Below are positions 47,104-57,358 of a stretch of DNA of 64,000 nt, one piece after another. The notes below the pieces were generated by a model that was given only the letters and a program-made list of their open reading frames with translations, was not told where the DNA came from and searched no databases. A program made the position numbers and the translations under genes. Source of the DNA: a virus; IMG/VR virus record IMGVR_UViG_3300004806_000016; one strand, 5' to 3'. Position 1 is the first letter of the stretch. Every line of letters starts with the position of its first letter.

Positions 47104-50100
47104 ATGGCTCTTCAAACAGATCTATCCCGCTCGCCTTACTTTGATGACTACGATGTAAATAAGAATTTTTATCGTGTTCTTTACCGCCCATCTGTTGCTG
47201 TTCAGGCTCGCGAACTTAATCAGATGCAGACAATATTACAAGATCAAATTGATAAATTTGGGCGTAATATTTTTAAAGAAGGTTCTGTCACAGAAGGTTG
47301 TGCATTTACTTTTGATGATAAGTATAATTACGTAAAAATTAACGATACATATGCTAATGGCGCCGCATTTACTATTACAGATTTCCAAGATAAAGTAATT
47401 ACTAATGGATTTGGTTTAAGAGCTATCGTTCATAATACTGTAGCAGGTTTTATAACACAAGATCCTGATCTTAACACTCTTTATGTAAAATACATCAATT
47501 CAGTAACAAATAATGGTATAACATATACAGCATTCTCTAACAACGATAATCTTGTTGTTACTACACAGGCTAACGTGGCTGTTGGTAACCTTACTGTTGC
47601 GACTGTAACCAATTCAACAGGCGTTGGATATGCCTTTACGACTACAGCCGGAACCATCTATAAAAAAGGTTTCTTTATTAGCGTTCAGCCTCAGACATTA
47701 ATTGTTTCAAAATATGATAATATGCCAGATGGTATCTCTGTTGGTTTTGATGCTACTGAAAATATCATTACACCAGAAGCTGATTCTTCTCTTTATGATA
47801 ACGCAGCTGGTTCGCCAAACTATGCAGCTCCAGGAGCACACCGTTTACAATTAATTCCTACTCTCGTAACTAGATATGCAAATAACATATCTAACACTTC
47901 TTCTTTCTTTTCTTTGTGCGATTTTAAAAGCGGTAAACCCGTTTCTATCAAAAATGATCCACAATATGCTCTACTTGGTGCACAAATTGCACAGAGAACA
48001 TATGAAACGAATGGTAATTATGTTGTTTATCCTTTTGTTCTCTCTACAGAAGCAAAAGCTGCCAATGATGCTTTAAATTCTACATATGTAAATCTTGTTT
48101 CTTCTGCTGGTCTTGGATATGTTGAAGGATATAGAGTACAATATGTCAACAACAATAAAATAAACCTTAGAAGATCAACAGATTACGATACTGTAAAAAA
48201 TGTTGTTGTTAGCGCAAATTATGGTTATTATATCAATGTTAATAATTTCTGTGGTGAATTTAATACTGATCAATTATACCAAGTAGAATTACACAGCGTT
48301 GCAAAAACAGCTGTTACTAGTGGCACTTTGTTAAGCACTGGATATTCTAGCTCTACTAGAATCGGAACAGCATATCTTCGTGGATTTATGTTCAGTTCTG
48401 GTAATATCGGCAGTGGTTCAGATATCTATACAGCATATCTATTTGATGTGCAGATGAATCCAGGTAAAAATTTCAGCGCTGTTAAGAGTATCATCAACTA
48501 TCAATCTTCTGCAGTTGTTGGTGTTGCTGACGTTATTCAGACATATGATTCTACTGTTAATGCGAATATTTCTAAGATTCAGAGCGCCCAGTTTAACAAC
48601 ATGATTTATCCTTTTGGTCAGAAAGCGCTGAAAGAAAACGGTTTCAATAACACACAGTATGTTTATCGCGATAAGAAAACATCATCGTTCGGCGTTCCAT
48701 CTCTTTCTGGTGGAGCGATGTCTTTCACTTTAAGTTCTGCTGACGGTACTGCAACAGAATCTTTTAATGTTTCTGGCACTCTTTCTCCTGCTCAGACTAC
48801 AGAATTTTTAGTAGTCCCAACAGTATCAGGATATACTTCTAACTATACTGGTACAGTATCAACATCTGGAAACACAGTAACTGGTTCTTCTGATGCTGCT
48901 TTCCTATCTCATTTTGTTCCAGGCGATTATATCAGTATTGGTGGCTCTAATTTCCTAGTAACATTCGTTGCTAATAATACTTCTCTGAATACAATCGGTT
49001 CAGTATCAGGTTCTGGCTCATTTGCAAAAGCATTCCCAGCTGGAGTTCCTATCGACTTTACTAGAGGAAATAGATCAGTTGTTATTAGCGGAACAACTGC
49101 GACTTTTACTCTAAATGAGACTTTATCTGCATCGTTCAACGCCAAGATCTATTATGACGTTCTTCGTTCTTCTACTGTAGCGATCAAAAAACAAATTAAA
49201 AAGAATGTTATCGTTCAAATAAATTGCGCAAGTCATTCTGCTACAACTAATGGCCCATATTCTCTTGGTTTCCCAGATGTTTATAAGATTAATGCGATTT
49301 ATCTAAACGAAGGAACATATTCTAACTCTGGTATTAATCTATCATCTGCTTTTAAATTTGACAATGGCCAGAGAGATAATTATTACGATCTCGCAACGAT
49401 TACTCCTATTTCTGCTAATTTAGATGCAAATACTCGCATTTATGTTGATATGCAAGTGTTTACTTATGATCAATCGTCAGGTAAAGGTTTCTTTACTGCA
49501 AACTCTTATCCTATAGACAATGCTAATACTGCAAATACAACAGCAATTCAGACTGCTGCTATTCCTCAATATACAGCAACTGATGGTTCTATTTTTGATT
49601 TAAGAGACTGTGTTGATTTTAGACCTTTCGCGGCAAACACAGCAAATCCTGCGGCAAATTCTTCAAATTTTGCATCAACTGCTACTACAAATCCATCAGG
49701 AACATTAACATTTAGTCTTTCTTCTAAACATTCTTCCTCAGGGACTTATCTTCCTACACCAAATCAAAATTTTGAATCTGATATTCAACATTATTTGTCA
49801 AGAATTGATAAAGCTGTGATTAAAACAAATGGTGATTTTATTATCGTAGAAGGTAATCCATCAAATTCTCCTATTCCTCCTGTAGATCAACCTGGGGCGA
49901 TGACTCTTGGGATTATTACCGTTCCGCCATATCCATCATTAGCAACCCCAGAAGCCAATGATGCTAAAAGATATGATTATGCAATAACAAATTCAATTAC
50001 TCAGATTAAAAGATACACCATGAAAGATATTGGTGTTCTTTCTAATAAAATTGATAATCTGGAATATTATACTTCTCTCTCTTTGTTAGAAACACAAGCC

Positions 50101-52857
50101 AAAAATACTCTTGTGCGCTCGAGCGCGACAGGTCAAAACAGATTCCAAAATGGTATTCTTGTCGATCCTTTTAGAGGCCATGACATAGGTAACACTCTAG
50201 ATCCAAATTATAATATAGCTATTGATACTGTTAAGTCTGAATTGAGACCATTTTTTGATCAGTTCCGTAGACCTATGAAATATAGCCAAGATTTAAGCAC
50301 AAACACTGTAAAAAAAGGTAATGCTGTTCTTTTAAATTATACAGAAACACAATATATTTCTCAAAATTATGCAAGTAAATATAGAAATTGTATTGAAGGT
50401 AATATATATGTTTGGTCTGGCGAAATAAATTTCATTCCTCCTGGGGATACACAACCAGATCTTACTAAGAGCCCAGACGTTGTTAATAATATTGATCTTG
50501 CTTCTAATTTTGTTAATATTTCTGCTGCATATGGTACACAATGGGGTAATTGGCAAACAACAAGTTCAGCGACTGATTCTAAGATAGCTGGAACTGATTA
50601 TAGTTCTGTTACAGATTCTTATGGAAATATTATCAACACTACCTCAACACAAACAGCAACTACTACTAACACTCAACAACAGCGTGCTGGCACACAACTT
50701 GCTGTTACTACTAGCACAAATCAATATAATGTGGGAACATTCGTAACAGATGTTTCAACATTACCTTATGTAAAATCTATTGCAGTAACTGTGATAGCTC
50801 ATGGATTAAAACCAGGAAGTAGAGTCTATGGTTTCATAAACAATATAGACGTGAATCATTATCTTGGGCCAGCTAATAGTTCTTATGTTCCGTCAGGAAA
50901 TTTAGGCGATCCATTGATTGTTGATAGTAATGGAAATTTATATGCACAATTAATAATTCCGCCAAATACTTTTAGATCAACGACTCTAGAAATGAATCTT
51001 TATGATGTTCCTAACCCAGTAACAGGTATAGATGCTATAACAACAAAAGCTACAGGTAATTTTTACGGTTCAAACATAAGTATAGCAAAGGGATCTTCTA
51101 TATTAAATGCAAGAGAAGCTGTTGTTTCGGTTCAACAAGTTACAGATCAACAGACTATAACTCAAACTGTAGTAACAAGTAATTCTAGTGTTGTTGTTAT
51201 ACCTGCTCCAGCACCACCAGAGCCTCCATATAATCCTTACGGAGATAGTATTCCTGCTGCTTCTGATGGAAATAGTTATGATGGCGGCGGTGGTTGTTGT
51301 TTTGATCCAGATACGAAAGTTCTTATGGCTGATGGGTCTTGGAAAAAGATTTCAGATATTTTAGAAGGCGAACAAGTTATAGGTTCCACAGGTAATGTTA
51401 ATACAGTTACAGGAACAAAATCAACAACTGTTCAAGACCGTATGATGAAAAAAATCAAAGGATATGATTTCTTTGCTACCGATGACCATCTGTTCTTAAC
51501 CAATAATGGCTGGAAAACTTGGAGACCTGATAGATTAATTATAAACAACAGAGAAAATGCTGTTTTCTTAGAAGGAGAAAACCGTTATACTCCTCTTAAT
51601 GACAAAGATATTCTTACTTTATTTAAAGATGGAAAAGTAACGAGTGTTCCATATTCTGAATTAGAAATTGAAGATCATATCTTTAATCCTGACTTTGTCG
51701 TTCATGATTTACATCTTGATGGCGATCAATCGTATATTGTTGAAGAATTTGTTGTCCATAACTGTGGTGGTGGTGGATGTGGATGTTGTTTTGATCCAGA
51801 AGCTTCTGTACTGATGGCTGATAAATCTCTGAAAAAAATTAAAGATGTCGAAATCGGAGATTTAGTTGTCGGTTATGGTGGTCAAATAAATAAAGTTGTA
51901 AACGTAAAAACCACAACGGTAAATGATAGACCGATGAAAGGATTTAATGGTTTTGCGTTTGCCACTGATGACCATCTGTTCCTTACTATCAATGGTTGGA
52001 AAACATTTAATCCACAAAGAGTTTTTGACAACAATTTAGATGTCAGAGTTTACCTAACTGGCGAAAACAAAACAACCCCTCTAAATGAGAACGATTCATT
52101 TGTAATGATGGGCATTTATGAACACAATGAAATTTCAATGAGCAGCCTATCTTATAAAGATTTAGATGTTATCACAGAAATAAAAGATAATGATTATGTT
52201 GTTTATGATCTTACCCTTGATGGTAACCATACTTATGTTGTTGAGGGATTTGTTGTTCATAACTGTGACGGATGTTCTTGTTTCTTGGCCGGAAGTTTAA
52301 TAACAATGGCAGATGGATCTGTAAAAGTAATTGAAGATGTAAAAGTAGGAGAATATGTCCTAGGAGCTTTTGGCGAACACAATATAATTCTTGGTAAAGA
52401 TAATGTTGTGCTTGGTAATAGATCGATGTATAAAATCAATTCAGAACATGATACTGCTGGGGATCATCCTCACGTTTCTAAAGATAAAAAATTCTATTCT
52501 TTTGAGGTAGATGCAATTTATAAAGAATGGGGTGGTTCTTATCCCGTAATTCTAGAAAACGATGAAATTGATATTTTAATCAATAAAGGATTAAATAAAG
52601 ATAGAGTCCATCAATTAGAACTTGGTGTTGAACTTAAGACTGTAGATTCTTCTAAAGTCGTAGAAGAAATATTGGTATACGATATGCCACCAGAAACAAA
52701 GCTCTACAATTTTGTTGTTGGCGGGAGTCATACTTACTTTGTTAATGGTTACGCTGTAACTGGATGGCCTAGAGAAGATGACTTTGATTATGATAAATGG
52801 GAGTCAAAAGGAATTCAATTGACTCTTGATGATTATAGAATAAATACAAAGAAGTAA
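47104..52857 (+). CDS. VrlC/DUF4815-like large virion protein, N-terminal part, with three C-terminal Hint domains
   Basis: SPYFDDYD..KNFYRVL.RP..AVQARELNQ.Q, APGAHRL, RYTMKDIG.L...I.NLEYYTSLSLLE, RF.NG..VD.F. Confidence 0.88.
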   Translation: MALQTDLSRSPYFDDYDVNKNFYRVLYRPSVAVQARELNQMQTILQDQIDKFGRNIFKEGSVTEGCAFTFDDKYNYVKINDTYANGAAFTITDFQDKVITNGFGLRAIVHNTVAGFITQDPDLNTLYVKYINSVTNNGITYTAFSNNDNLVVTTQANVAVGNLTVATVTNSTGVGYAFTTTAGTIYKKGFFISVQPQTLIVSKYDNMPDGISVGFDATENIITPEADSSLYDNAAGSPNYAAPGAHRLQLIPTLVTRYANNISNTSSFFSLCDFKSGKPVSIKNDPQYALLGAQIAQRTYETNGNYVVYPFVLSTEAKAANDALNSTYVNLVSSAGLGYVEGYRVQYVNNNKINLRRSTDYDTVKNVVVSANYGYYINVNNFCGEFNTDQLYQVELHSVAKTAVTSGTLLSTGYSSSTRIGTAYLRGFMFSSGNIGSGSDIYTAYLFDVQMNPGKNFSAVKSIINYQSSAVVGVADVIQTYDSTVNANISKIQSAQFNNMIYPFGQKALKENGFNNTQYVYRDKKTSSFGVPSLSGGAMSFTLSSADGTATESFNVSGTLSPAQTTEFLVVPTVSGYTSNYTGTVSTSGNTVTGSSDAAFLSHFVPGDYISIGGSNFLVTFVANNTSLNTIGSVSGSGSFAKAFPAGVPIDFTRGNRSVVISGTTATFTLNETLSASFNAKIYYDVLRSSTVAIKKQIKKNVIVQINCASHSATTNGPYSLGFPDVYKINAIYLNEGTYSNSGINLSSAFKFDNGQRDNYYDLATITPISANLDANTRIYVDMQVFTYDQSSGKGFFTANSYPIDNANTANTTAIQTAAIPQYTATDGSIFDLRDCVDFRPFAANTANPAANSSNFASTATTNPSGTLTFSLSSKHSSSGTYLPTPNQNFESDIQHYLSRIDKAVIKTNGDFIIVEGNPSNSPIPPVDQPGAMTLGIITVPPYPSLATPEANDAKRYDYAITNSITQIKRYTMKDIGVLSNKIDNLEYYTSLSLLETQAKNTLVRSSATGQNRFQNGILVDPFRGHDIGNTLDPNYNIAIDTVKSELRPFFDQFRRPMKYSQDLSTNTVKKGNAVLLNYTETQYISQNYASKYRNCIEGNIYVWSGEINFIPPGDTQPDLTKSPDVVNNIDLASNFVNISAAYGTQWGNWQTTSSATDSKIAGTDYSSVTDSYGNIINTTSTQTATTTNTQQQRAGTQLAVTTSTNQYNVGTFVTDVSTLPYVKSIAVTVIAHGLKPGSRVYGFINNIDVNHYLGPANSSYVPSGNLGDPLIVDSNGNLYAQLIIPPNTFRSTTLEMNLYDVPNPVTGIDAITTKATGNFYGSNISIAKGSSILNAREAVVSVQQVTDQQTITQTVVTSNSSVVVIPAPAPPEPPYNPYGDSIPAASDGNSYDGGGGCCFDPDTKVLMADGSWKKISDILEGEQVIGSTGNVNTVTGTKSTTVQDRMMKKIKGYDFFATDDHLFLTNNGWKTWRPDRLIINNRENAVFLEGENRYTPLNDKDILTLFKDGKVTSVPYSELEIEDHIFNPDFVVHDLHLDGDQSYIVEEFVVHNCGGGGCGCCFDPEASVLMADKSLKKIKDVEIGDLVVGYGGQINKVVNVKTTTVNDRPMKGFNGFAFATDDHLFLTINGWKTFNPQRVFDNNLDVRVYLTGENKTTPLNENDSFVMMGIYEHNEISMSSLSYKDLDVITEIKDNDYVVYDLTLDGNHTYVVEGFVVHNCDGCSCFLAGSLITMADGSVKVIEDVKVGEYVLGAFGEHNIILGKDNVVLGNRSMYKINSEHDTAGDHPHVSKDKKFYSFEVDAIYKEWGGSYPVILENDEIDILINKGLNKDRVHQLELGVELKTVDSSKVVEEILVYDMPPETKLYNFVVGGSHTYFVNGYAVTGWPREDDFDYDKWESKGIQLTLDDYRINTKK
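51298..51762 (+). other. Mini-intein 1 (155 aa)
   Basis: Block A CFDPDTKVLMADG, block B TDDH, block F VHDL, block G VVHN followed by +1 Cys. Confidence 0.9.
51787..52263 (+). other. Mini-intein 2 (159 aa)
   Basis: CFDPEASVLMAD, TDDH, VYDL, VVHN followed by +1 Cys. Confidence 0.9.
52279..52767 (+). other. Hint domain 3 lacking terminal His-Asn
   Basis: CFLAGSLITMADG, AGDH, LYNF...HTYFVNGYAV-TG-W. Confidence 0.85.
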
Positions 52858-52869
52858 TTAGGGGTAAAA

Positions 52870-55452
52870 ATGACTAAACCAATTGCGCAAACTTTCTATA
52901 TTAATGAACCCGTTGGTGGAACCGATGGAGTAGTATTAACTGCAGTTGATATCTATTTTGCATCTGTGAGCTCAAATTATGGTGTTGAATTGCAGATCAG
53001 AACCACTGATAATGGTAACCCAACAACTGATCGTTTACCGAACGGCCAAAAAGTGTTACAAATATCAGATACGTATGCTTCTGATATTACATATCTTAAG
53101 AATGGCACATCAACGACCATATCAGCTGGCAGTAAAATTATTACAGCATCTGCTGATGCCACAGTCCCTACAAGATTTGAATTTGATACTCCAATATTCT
53201 TAAAATCACAAACATCATATGCATTCGTTATTATTCCGATTGGTGGTAACCCTGATTATACTGTTTGGACAGCAGAATTGGGTAAGACCGATGTATCATT
53301 AAACACCCCAATTACTACAAATAATGATACAGGAACACTTTTCTTATCTTCGAACGATATACAATTTACAGCAATTCAATCTGAAGATATTAAATTTACA
53401 ATTTACACAGCTGATTTTACTGTCAGTGGTGGTTCTGGTACTGCAGTATATACAATGTTTGATGAAGAAAATATGCAGTACAATAATCTTATTGGTTCTT
53501 TTACTCCAAATGAATTGCTTTTTATATCTGATACAAATTACAATTTGGCTAAATTGAGAATCGATTCTACAAATACTATTCCTTTCTCAGTTGGTGAAAC
53601 TGTTTACCAGAGTAATGGAAGCGCCAATTTAGCAACAGGTGTCTTGTATTATGCAAACGGTTCTTCTTTGCTTGTAACAAATACTGTTGGAGCTTTTGTT
53701 GCTTCTTCTGGAAACACGACTCTATATGTTCAGGGCGGAGCCTCAGGAGCTACTGTTAATGTGACATCTTATAGTCAAAATGTTATAGCTCAATCAAATT
53801 CTACTATCATAGTTCCGTTTACTGGGAACGGAACTGCAAATATTTTTTATGCAAACCAATCAATATATATCGGTACGAACAATCGTTCATCAATGCAGGT
53901 TGGTATTGTTAATACTGTTATTAATTCTACAGCTTTTTCTCTTGCAGGAAATATATCATTCAGCGATACCAATTCACTTTTAGGGCAAGTAAGAGGTGAT
54001 GGTTTAGCTCTTAATGGTAGATTTAGTGGTTCTGTTGCTCAAAACATATCAAATAAGTATATGTCAACAAATTTTTATATTTGGGGATCTACGGCAAACG
54101 CTTCTTCTAATTTCTCCAACTCTTATGGAAAATACCTAATAGGAAAATCTTCTCAATCTTCAGCAATCATAAATTCTAATTATAATAGATCTTATAATGC
54201 TATTATTCCACAATTTGCTGATATGACTTCTTTTTCCACAAATATCAATTATTATCTAACAGGTATTCAAAAAAATAATACTTCAGATTCATCTCCTATT
54301 CCTGTGGTTAATAATTCAGAAAAAGAATTTTACGATGTTGAAAGAGCTGTAAAAGCTAGATCAGACGAACTTATCAATAATGGTGGCTCTTACACAACTT
54401 TAATTTCTGCAGAATTTACTACCGCAAACAATAAATTTTCTCCATATATTGATAGTATTTCTAATTACTCTACTTTTACTAGAAATTATACTTTCCAAAA
54501 ATGGCAAACTTACGGATATGTTCTTTCTATTTCAAATGCCACTAATAGTTTTTATGTTTCTAGAAACAATTCAGGACAACCTGTTTCTCAATCTAATGGT
54601 TCAGTTACAGTAACAGGTAATTTCCATTATGGAAACAGTAGTGTTATGTATATTTCAAATACTTCTGGTCCATTTCAGGCTGGTTATAGTATCTATGTTA
54701 CAGGAAATTCAACTATTAATGCTTATGTTAATTCTTCACAAAAATACGGAGAAATATATAATACTAATCTAATTTATCCAAGATCAAGATATATTTCTAA
54801 AAACGTAGTTCTTGCTGATAAACAAGACGCCGAAGACCTTAAATGTTTCATAGCAGCATATCGTCCAGCAACAACTGATTTTAAAGTTTATGCTAAAATT
54901 CAACACAACCAAGATTCTTCAGCTTTTAATAATATATACTGGTCTAGAATGGTAGAAATATCTTCGCCTGCTTTATTAAGTTCTGGGACAAATCTAGATG
55001 ATTTTGTTGAACTTGAATATGATTTTCCGACTAGTGTTTTCTTGGCTTCAAATAATGCACAATGCAATACTTCTTCAGCTAACGTAACAGTTTCTACGAC
55101 AGCAGGTATCGCAAACGGTAATTATATCTATCTGTATAATACTGCTGCTAATACTTTTATTGTTCGTATGGTAAATTATGTTGCGAATAATACTACTCTA
55201 GTCCTAACTTCCAACCCATCAATCTCAACTACTGTTAGTGCTTATGCTGATATTGGTATTATTCCTGGAATTGAAGACCAGACTGGAGCTTTCTTGTTCG
55301 CAAATAATAACAACATAGTAAGATACGTATCTAATACTGATGTCGTTTATGATAGCTTTAAGACTTTTGCTATTAAGATTATTCCTGTCTCAGAGACATC
55401 TTATATTATTCCAAGAGCCGCAGATATGAGATGTTTAGCGTTGCAGGTGTAA
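52870..55452 (+). CDS. VrlC/DUF4815-like virion protein, C-terminal part
   Basis: Starts PIAQTF, .T.VD.YF, PT.F.F..P..L, G.LF.S.N..W/F....EDIKF, RYISK.V.L, FAIKI...P...D.R..A. Confidence 0.85.
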   Translation: MTKPIAQTFYINEPVGGTDGVVLTAVDIYFASVSSNYGVELQIRTTDNGNPTTDRLPNGQKVLQISDTYASDITYLKNGTSTTISAGSKIITASADATVPTRFEFDTPIFLKSQTSYAFVIIPIGGNPDYTVWTAELGKTDVSLNTPITTNNDTGTLFLSSNDIQFTAIQSEDIKFTIYTADFTVSGGSGTAVYTMFDEENMQYNNLIGSFTPNELLFISDTNYNLAKLRIDSTNTIPFSVGETVYQSNGSANLATGVLYYANGSSLLVTNTVGAFVASSGNTTLYVQGGASGATVNVTSYSQNVIAQSNSTIIVPFTGNGTANIFYANQSIYIGTNNRSSMQVGIVNTVINSTAFSLAGNISFSDTNSLLGQVRGDGLALNGRFSGSVAQNISNKYMSTNFYIWGSTANASSNFSNSYGKYLIGKSSQSSAIINSNYNRSYNAIIPQFADMTSFSTNINYYLTGIQKNNTSDSSPIPVVNNSEKEFYDVERAVKARSDELINNGGSYTTLISAEFTTANNKFSPYIDSISNYSTFTRNYTFQKWQTYGYVLSISNATNSFYVSRNNSGQPVSQSNGSVTVTGNFHYGNSSVMYISNTSGPFQAGYSIYVTGNSTINAYVNSSQKYGEIYNTNLIYPRSRYISKNVVLADKQDAEDLKCFIAAYRPATTDFKVYAKIQHNQDSSAFNNIYWSRMVEISSPALLSSGTNLDDFVELEYDFPTSVFLASNNAQCNTSSANVTVSTTAGIANGNYIYLYNTAANTFIVRMVNYVANNTTLVLTSNPSISTTVSAYADIGIIPGIEDQTGAFLFANNNNIVRYVSNTDVVYDSFKTFAIKIIPVSETSYIIPRAADMRCLALQV

Positions 55453-55453
55453 G

Positions 55454-55669
55454 ATGTATCAAAAAGTAATCGATCATAAAGATCTTTTGAGAGATAGTAA
55501 TAGTAAAGCCATACTGAATCAGGACTCTTCTTCGCTTAATAAATATAAAGAAGAGAGAGAATATAAACAGAAACTTGCAAACGTCGTTAATGAACATCAA
55601 CAGCTAAAAGAAGATGTTTCTGAGATTAAACAGATGTTAAGAGAAATTTTAGGAAAAGCCAGTAAATGA
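55454..55669 (+). CDS. Conserved small coiled-coil protein
   Basis: L.RD..S.AI.N.D...LK.D..EIK..L, typical after VrlC-like genes. Confidence 0.75.
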   Translation: MYQKVIDHKDLLRDSNSKAILNQDSSSLNKYKEEREYKQKLANVVNEHQQLKEDVSEIKQMLREILGKASK

Positions 55670-57357
55670 CTATAACCATCTCACAAGTTACTAATACTCA
55701 GAGCTTTGGGACTTGGCTCCAGAGAACTAACGACATCGTATACATTATCGGAGCCAATGCAGTAACAGCAGATTCTACTTCTTCTGGTTCTGTTACTACT
55801 GGTAACGCATATGTGAATGGTTTCTTTGGCGCTAACAATCTTTTCGTAAATAATTATATTTCTGGTGGCGTCATGGGCGCTCCTAATACTCTTTACGTTA
55901 CTTCAAACCTTAACGTAGTAAATGCTACAGCATTCTTCGGAAATGCTACTGCTAACGTAGTTCTTGGTTATCTTTCTGCTCCAAGTTCTATTATGGAAGG
56001 TTTTGGTAACCAGAATAATTACGTACAGTTTGTATTACAAAATACTAACACTGGTATTAATTCTTCTACCGATCTTGCTCTCTACAATAGTGTAGGTACG
56101 ACATCTAACGTATTCATTGACTTGGGTATCAATGGTAGCAACTGGTCTGGTTCTTCTTGGACTATCAATGGACCTTCAGATGTTTATCTCTATTCAGGTA
56201 ATACCAATCTATCAATCGGTACACAGGGTCAGGCATATATCAACTTTTTCGCTAATGGAACATTAGCTAACAACGAAGTCATGCGCCTTACATCAGGCGC
56301 GAACGTAGGTATCGGTAATACAAATCCAAATGCTAGATTACAGGTAACAGGAACTGCTAACATCAGCGGTAACGTTGCATTCGGTGGAGTTCTTCAAGTC
56401 GCAAATACATTAACTGTAACTGGTAATGCTACGTTCTCGAATACAGTAAATGCGACTGGTCTTGTTACTGTTAATACTTTCAATGCTACTGTCGCTAACT
56501 CAACAAATATAAATGCATCAAATAACTTTACAGTAGCTGGAGTTGTTCAAGCTAACTCTACTGTTGTTAACGCAGCTTCTTTTGCAGTAGGAACTATTAC
56601 TTCATCAAACGGTTTCTTTGCAAACTCTTCGTATGTTACTCTCGGCAACAGCTCAGTGAATACTTACATAACTGCAAATGGTGTTACAACAAACACTGTT
56701 AATACATATGTCTTGAATGTTACTGGCCTGTTTATTGCTTCTAACTCAGCTCTCGGTAGTATTTTCCCACCAGTCGGTTTTAGTAACACATACAGCATAT
56801 CAAATAGTTCTTTATATTATTCGAACTCTTACATATATGCGATGTATACTAATAGCCTATCACCATTCTCAAGCCTGTTGACCATTACATCAAATACAAA
56901 TATCAGTGGTGTTGCTAACATAGCTGGTAATACCACGATTACAGGGTTTGCTAATATCTCAGCAAATACTACGATTGGTGGCGCAGCAAACATAGCTGGT
57001 AACGTTGCAATCGGTGGCGTGGTTTCTATTGCTGGTATCAATACGATGTATAGTAATACGTTTAATTTTAGCAGCACTGCTCAGATAACTGTCGACAGTT
57101 TCTCAGCTTCTACATTTAGATCAGCAGAATATCTCATTGAATTGACTGATTCCGGCACAAGTAGCTACCAGCTAACTAAGATATTATTGATCCAGGACGG
57201 AACTTCTGCTTATGCTACTGAATTTGGCACTATTGTTAACAATAGTTCTCTGTGTTCGTTTGTGGCCGACATTAACTCTGGCTCTGTGAGATTGAGAGGA
57301 ACACCAGCAACTTCAACAGTAGTTGCCAAATTTACAAGAAATACTATGGTGGTGTAA
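55666..57357 (+). CDS. Asn-rich tail fibre / virion protein
   Basis: F..W...TN N-terminus, NVGIG..NP motif, C-terminal D.F......RSA.Y domain. Confidence 0.75.
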   Translation: MTITISQVTNTQSFGTWLQRTNDIVYIIGANAVTADSTSSGSVTTGNAYVNGFFGANNLFVNNYISGGVMGAPNTLYVTSNLNVVNATAFFGNATANVVLGYLSAPSSIMEGFGNQNNYVQFVLQNTNTGINSSTDLALYNSVGTTSNVFIDLGINGSNWSGSSWTINGPSDVYLYSGNTNLSIGTQGQAYINFFANGTLANNEVMRLTSGANVGIGNTNPNARLQVTGTANISGNVAFGGVLQVANTLTVTGNATFSNTVNATGLVTVNTFNATVANSTNINASNNFTVAGVVQANSTVVNAASFAVGTITSSNGFFANSSYVTLGNSSVNTYITANGVTTNTVNTYVLNVTGLFIASNSALGSIFPPVGFSNTYSISNSSLYYSNSYIYAMYTNSLSPFSSLLTITSNTNISGVANIAGNTTITGFANISANTTIGGAANIAGNVAIGGVVSIAGINTMYSNTFNFSSTAQITVDSFSASTFRSAEYLIELTDSGTSSYQLTKILLIQDGTSAYATEFGTIVNNSSLCSFVADINSGSVRLRGTPATSTVVAKFTRNTMVV

Positions 57358-57358
57358 G

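Noticed and set aside
51298-52263. Inteins as mobile homing elements
   Set aside because: At 155-159 aa they have no room for an endonuclease and no LAGLIDADG/HNH motifs; tandem placement at a protein terminus argues against simple parasitism
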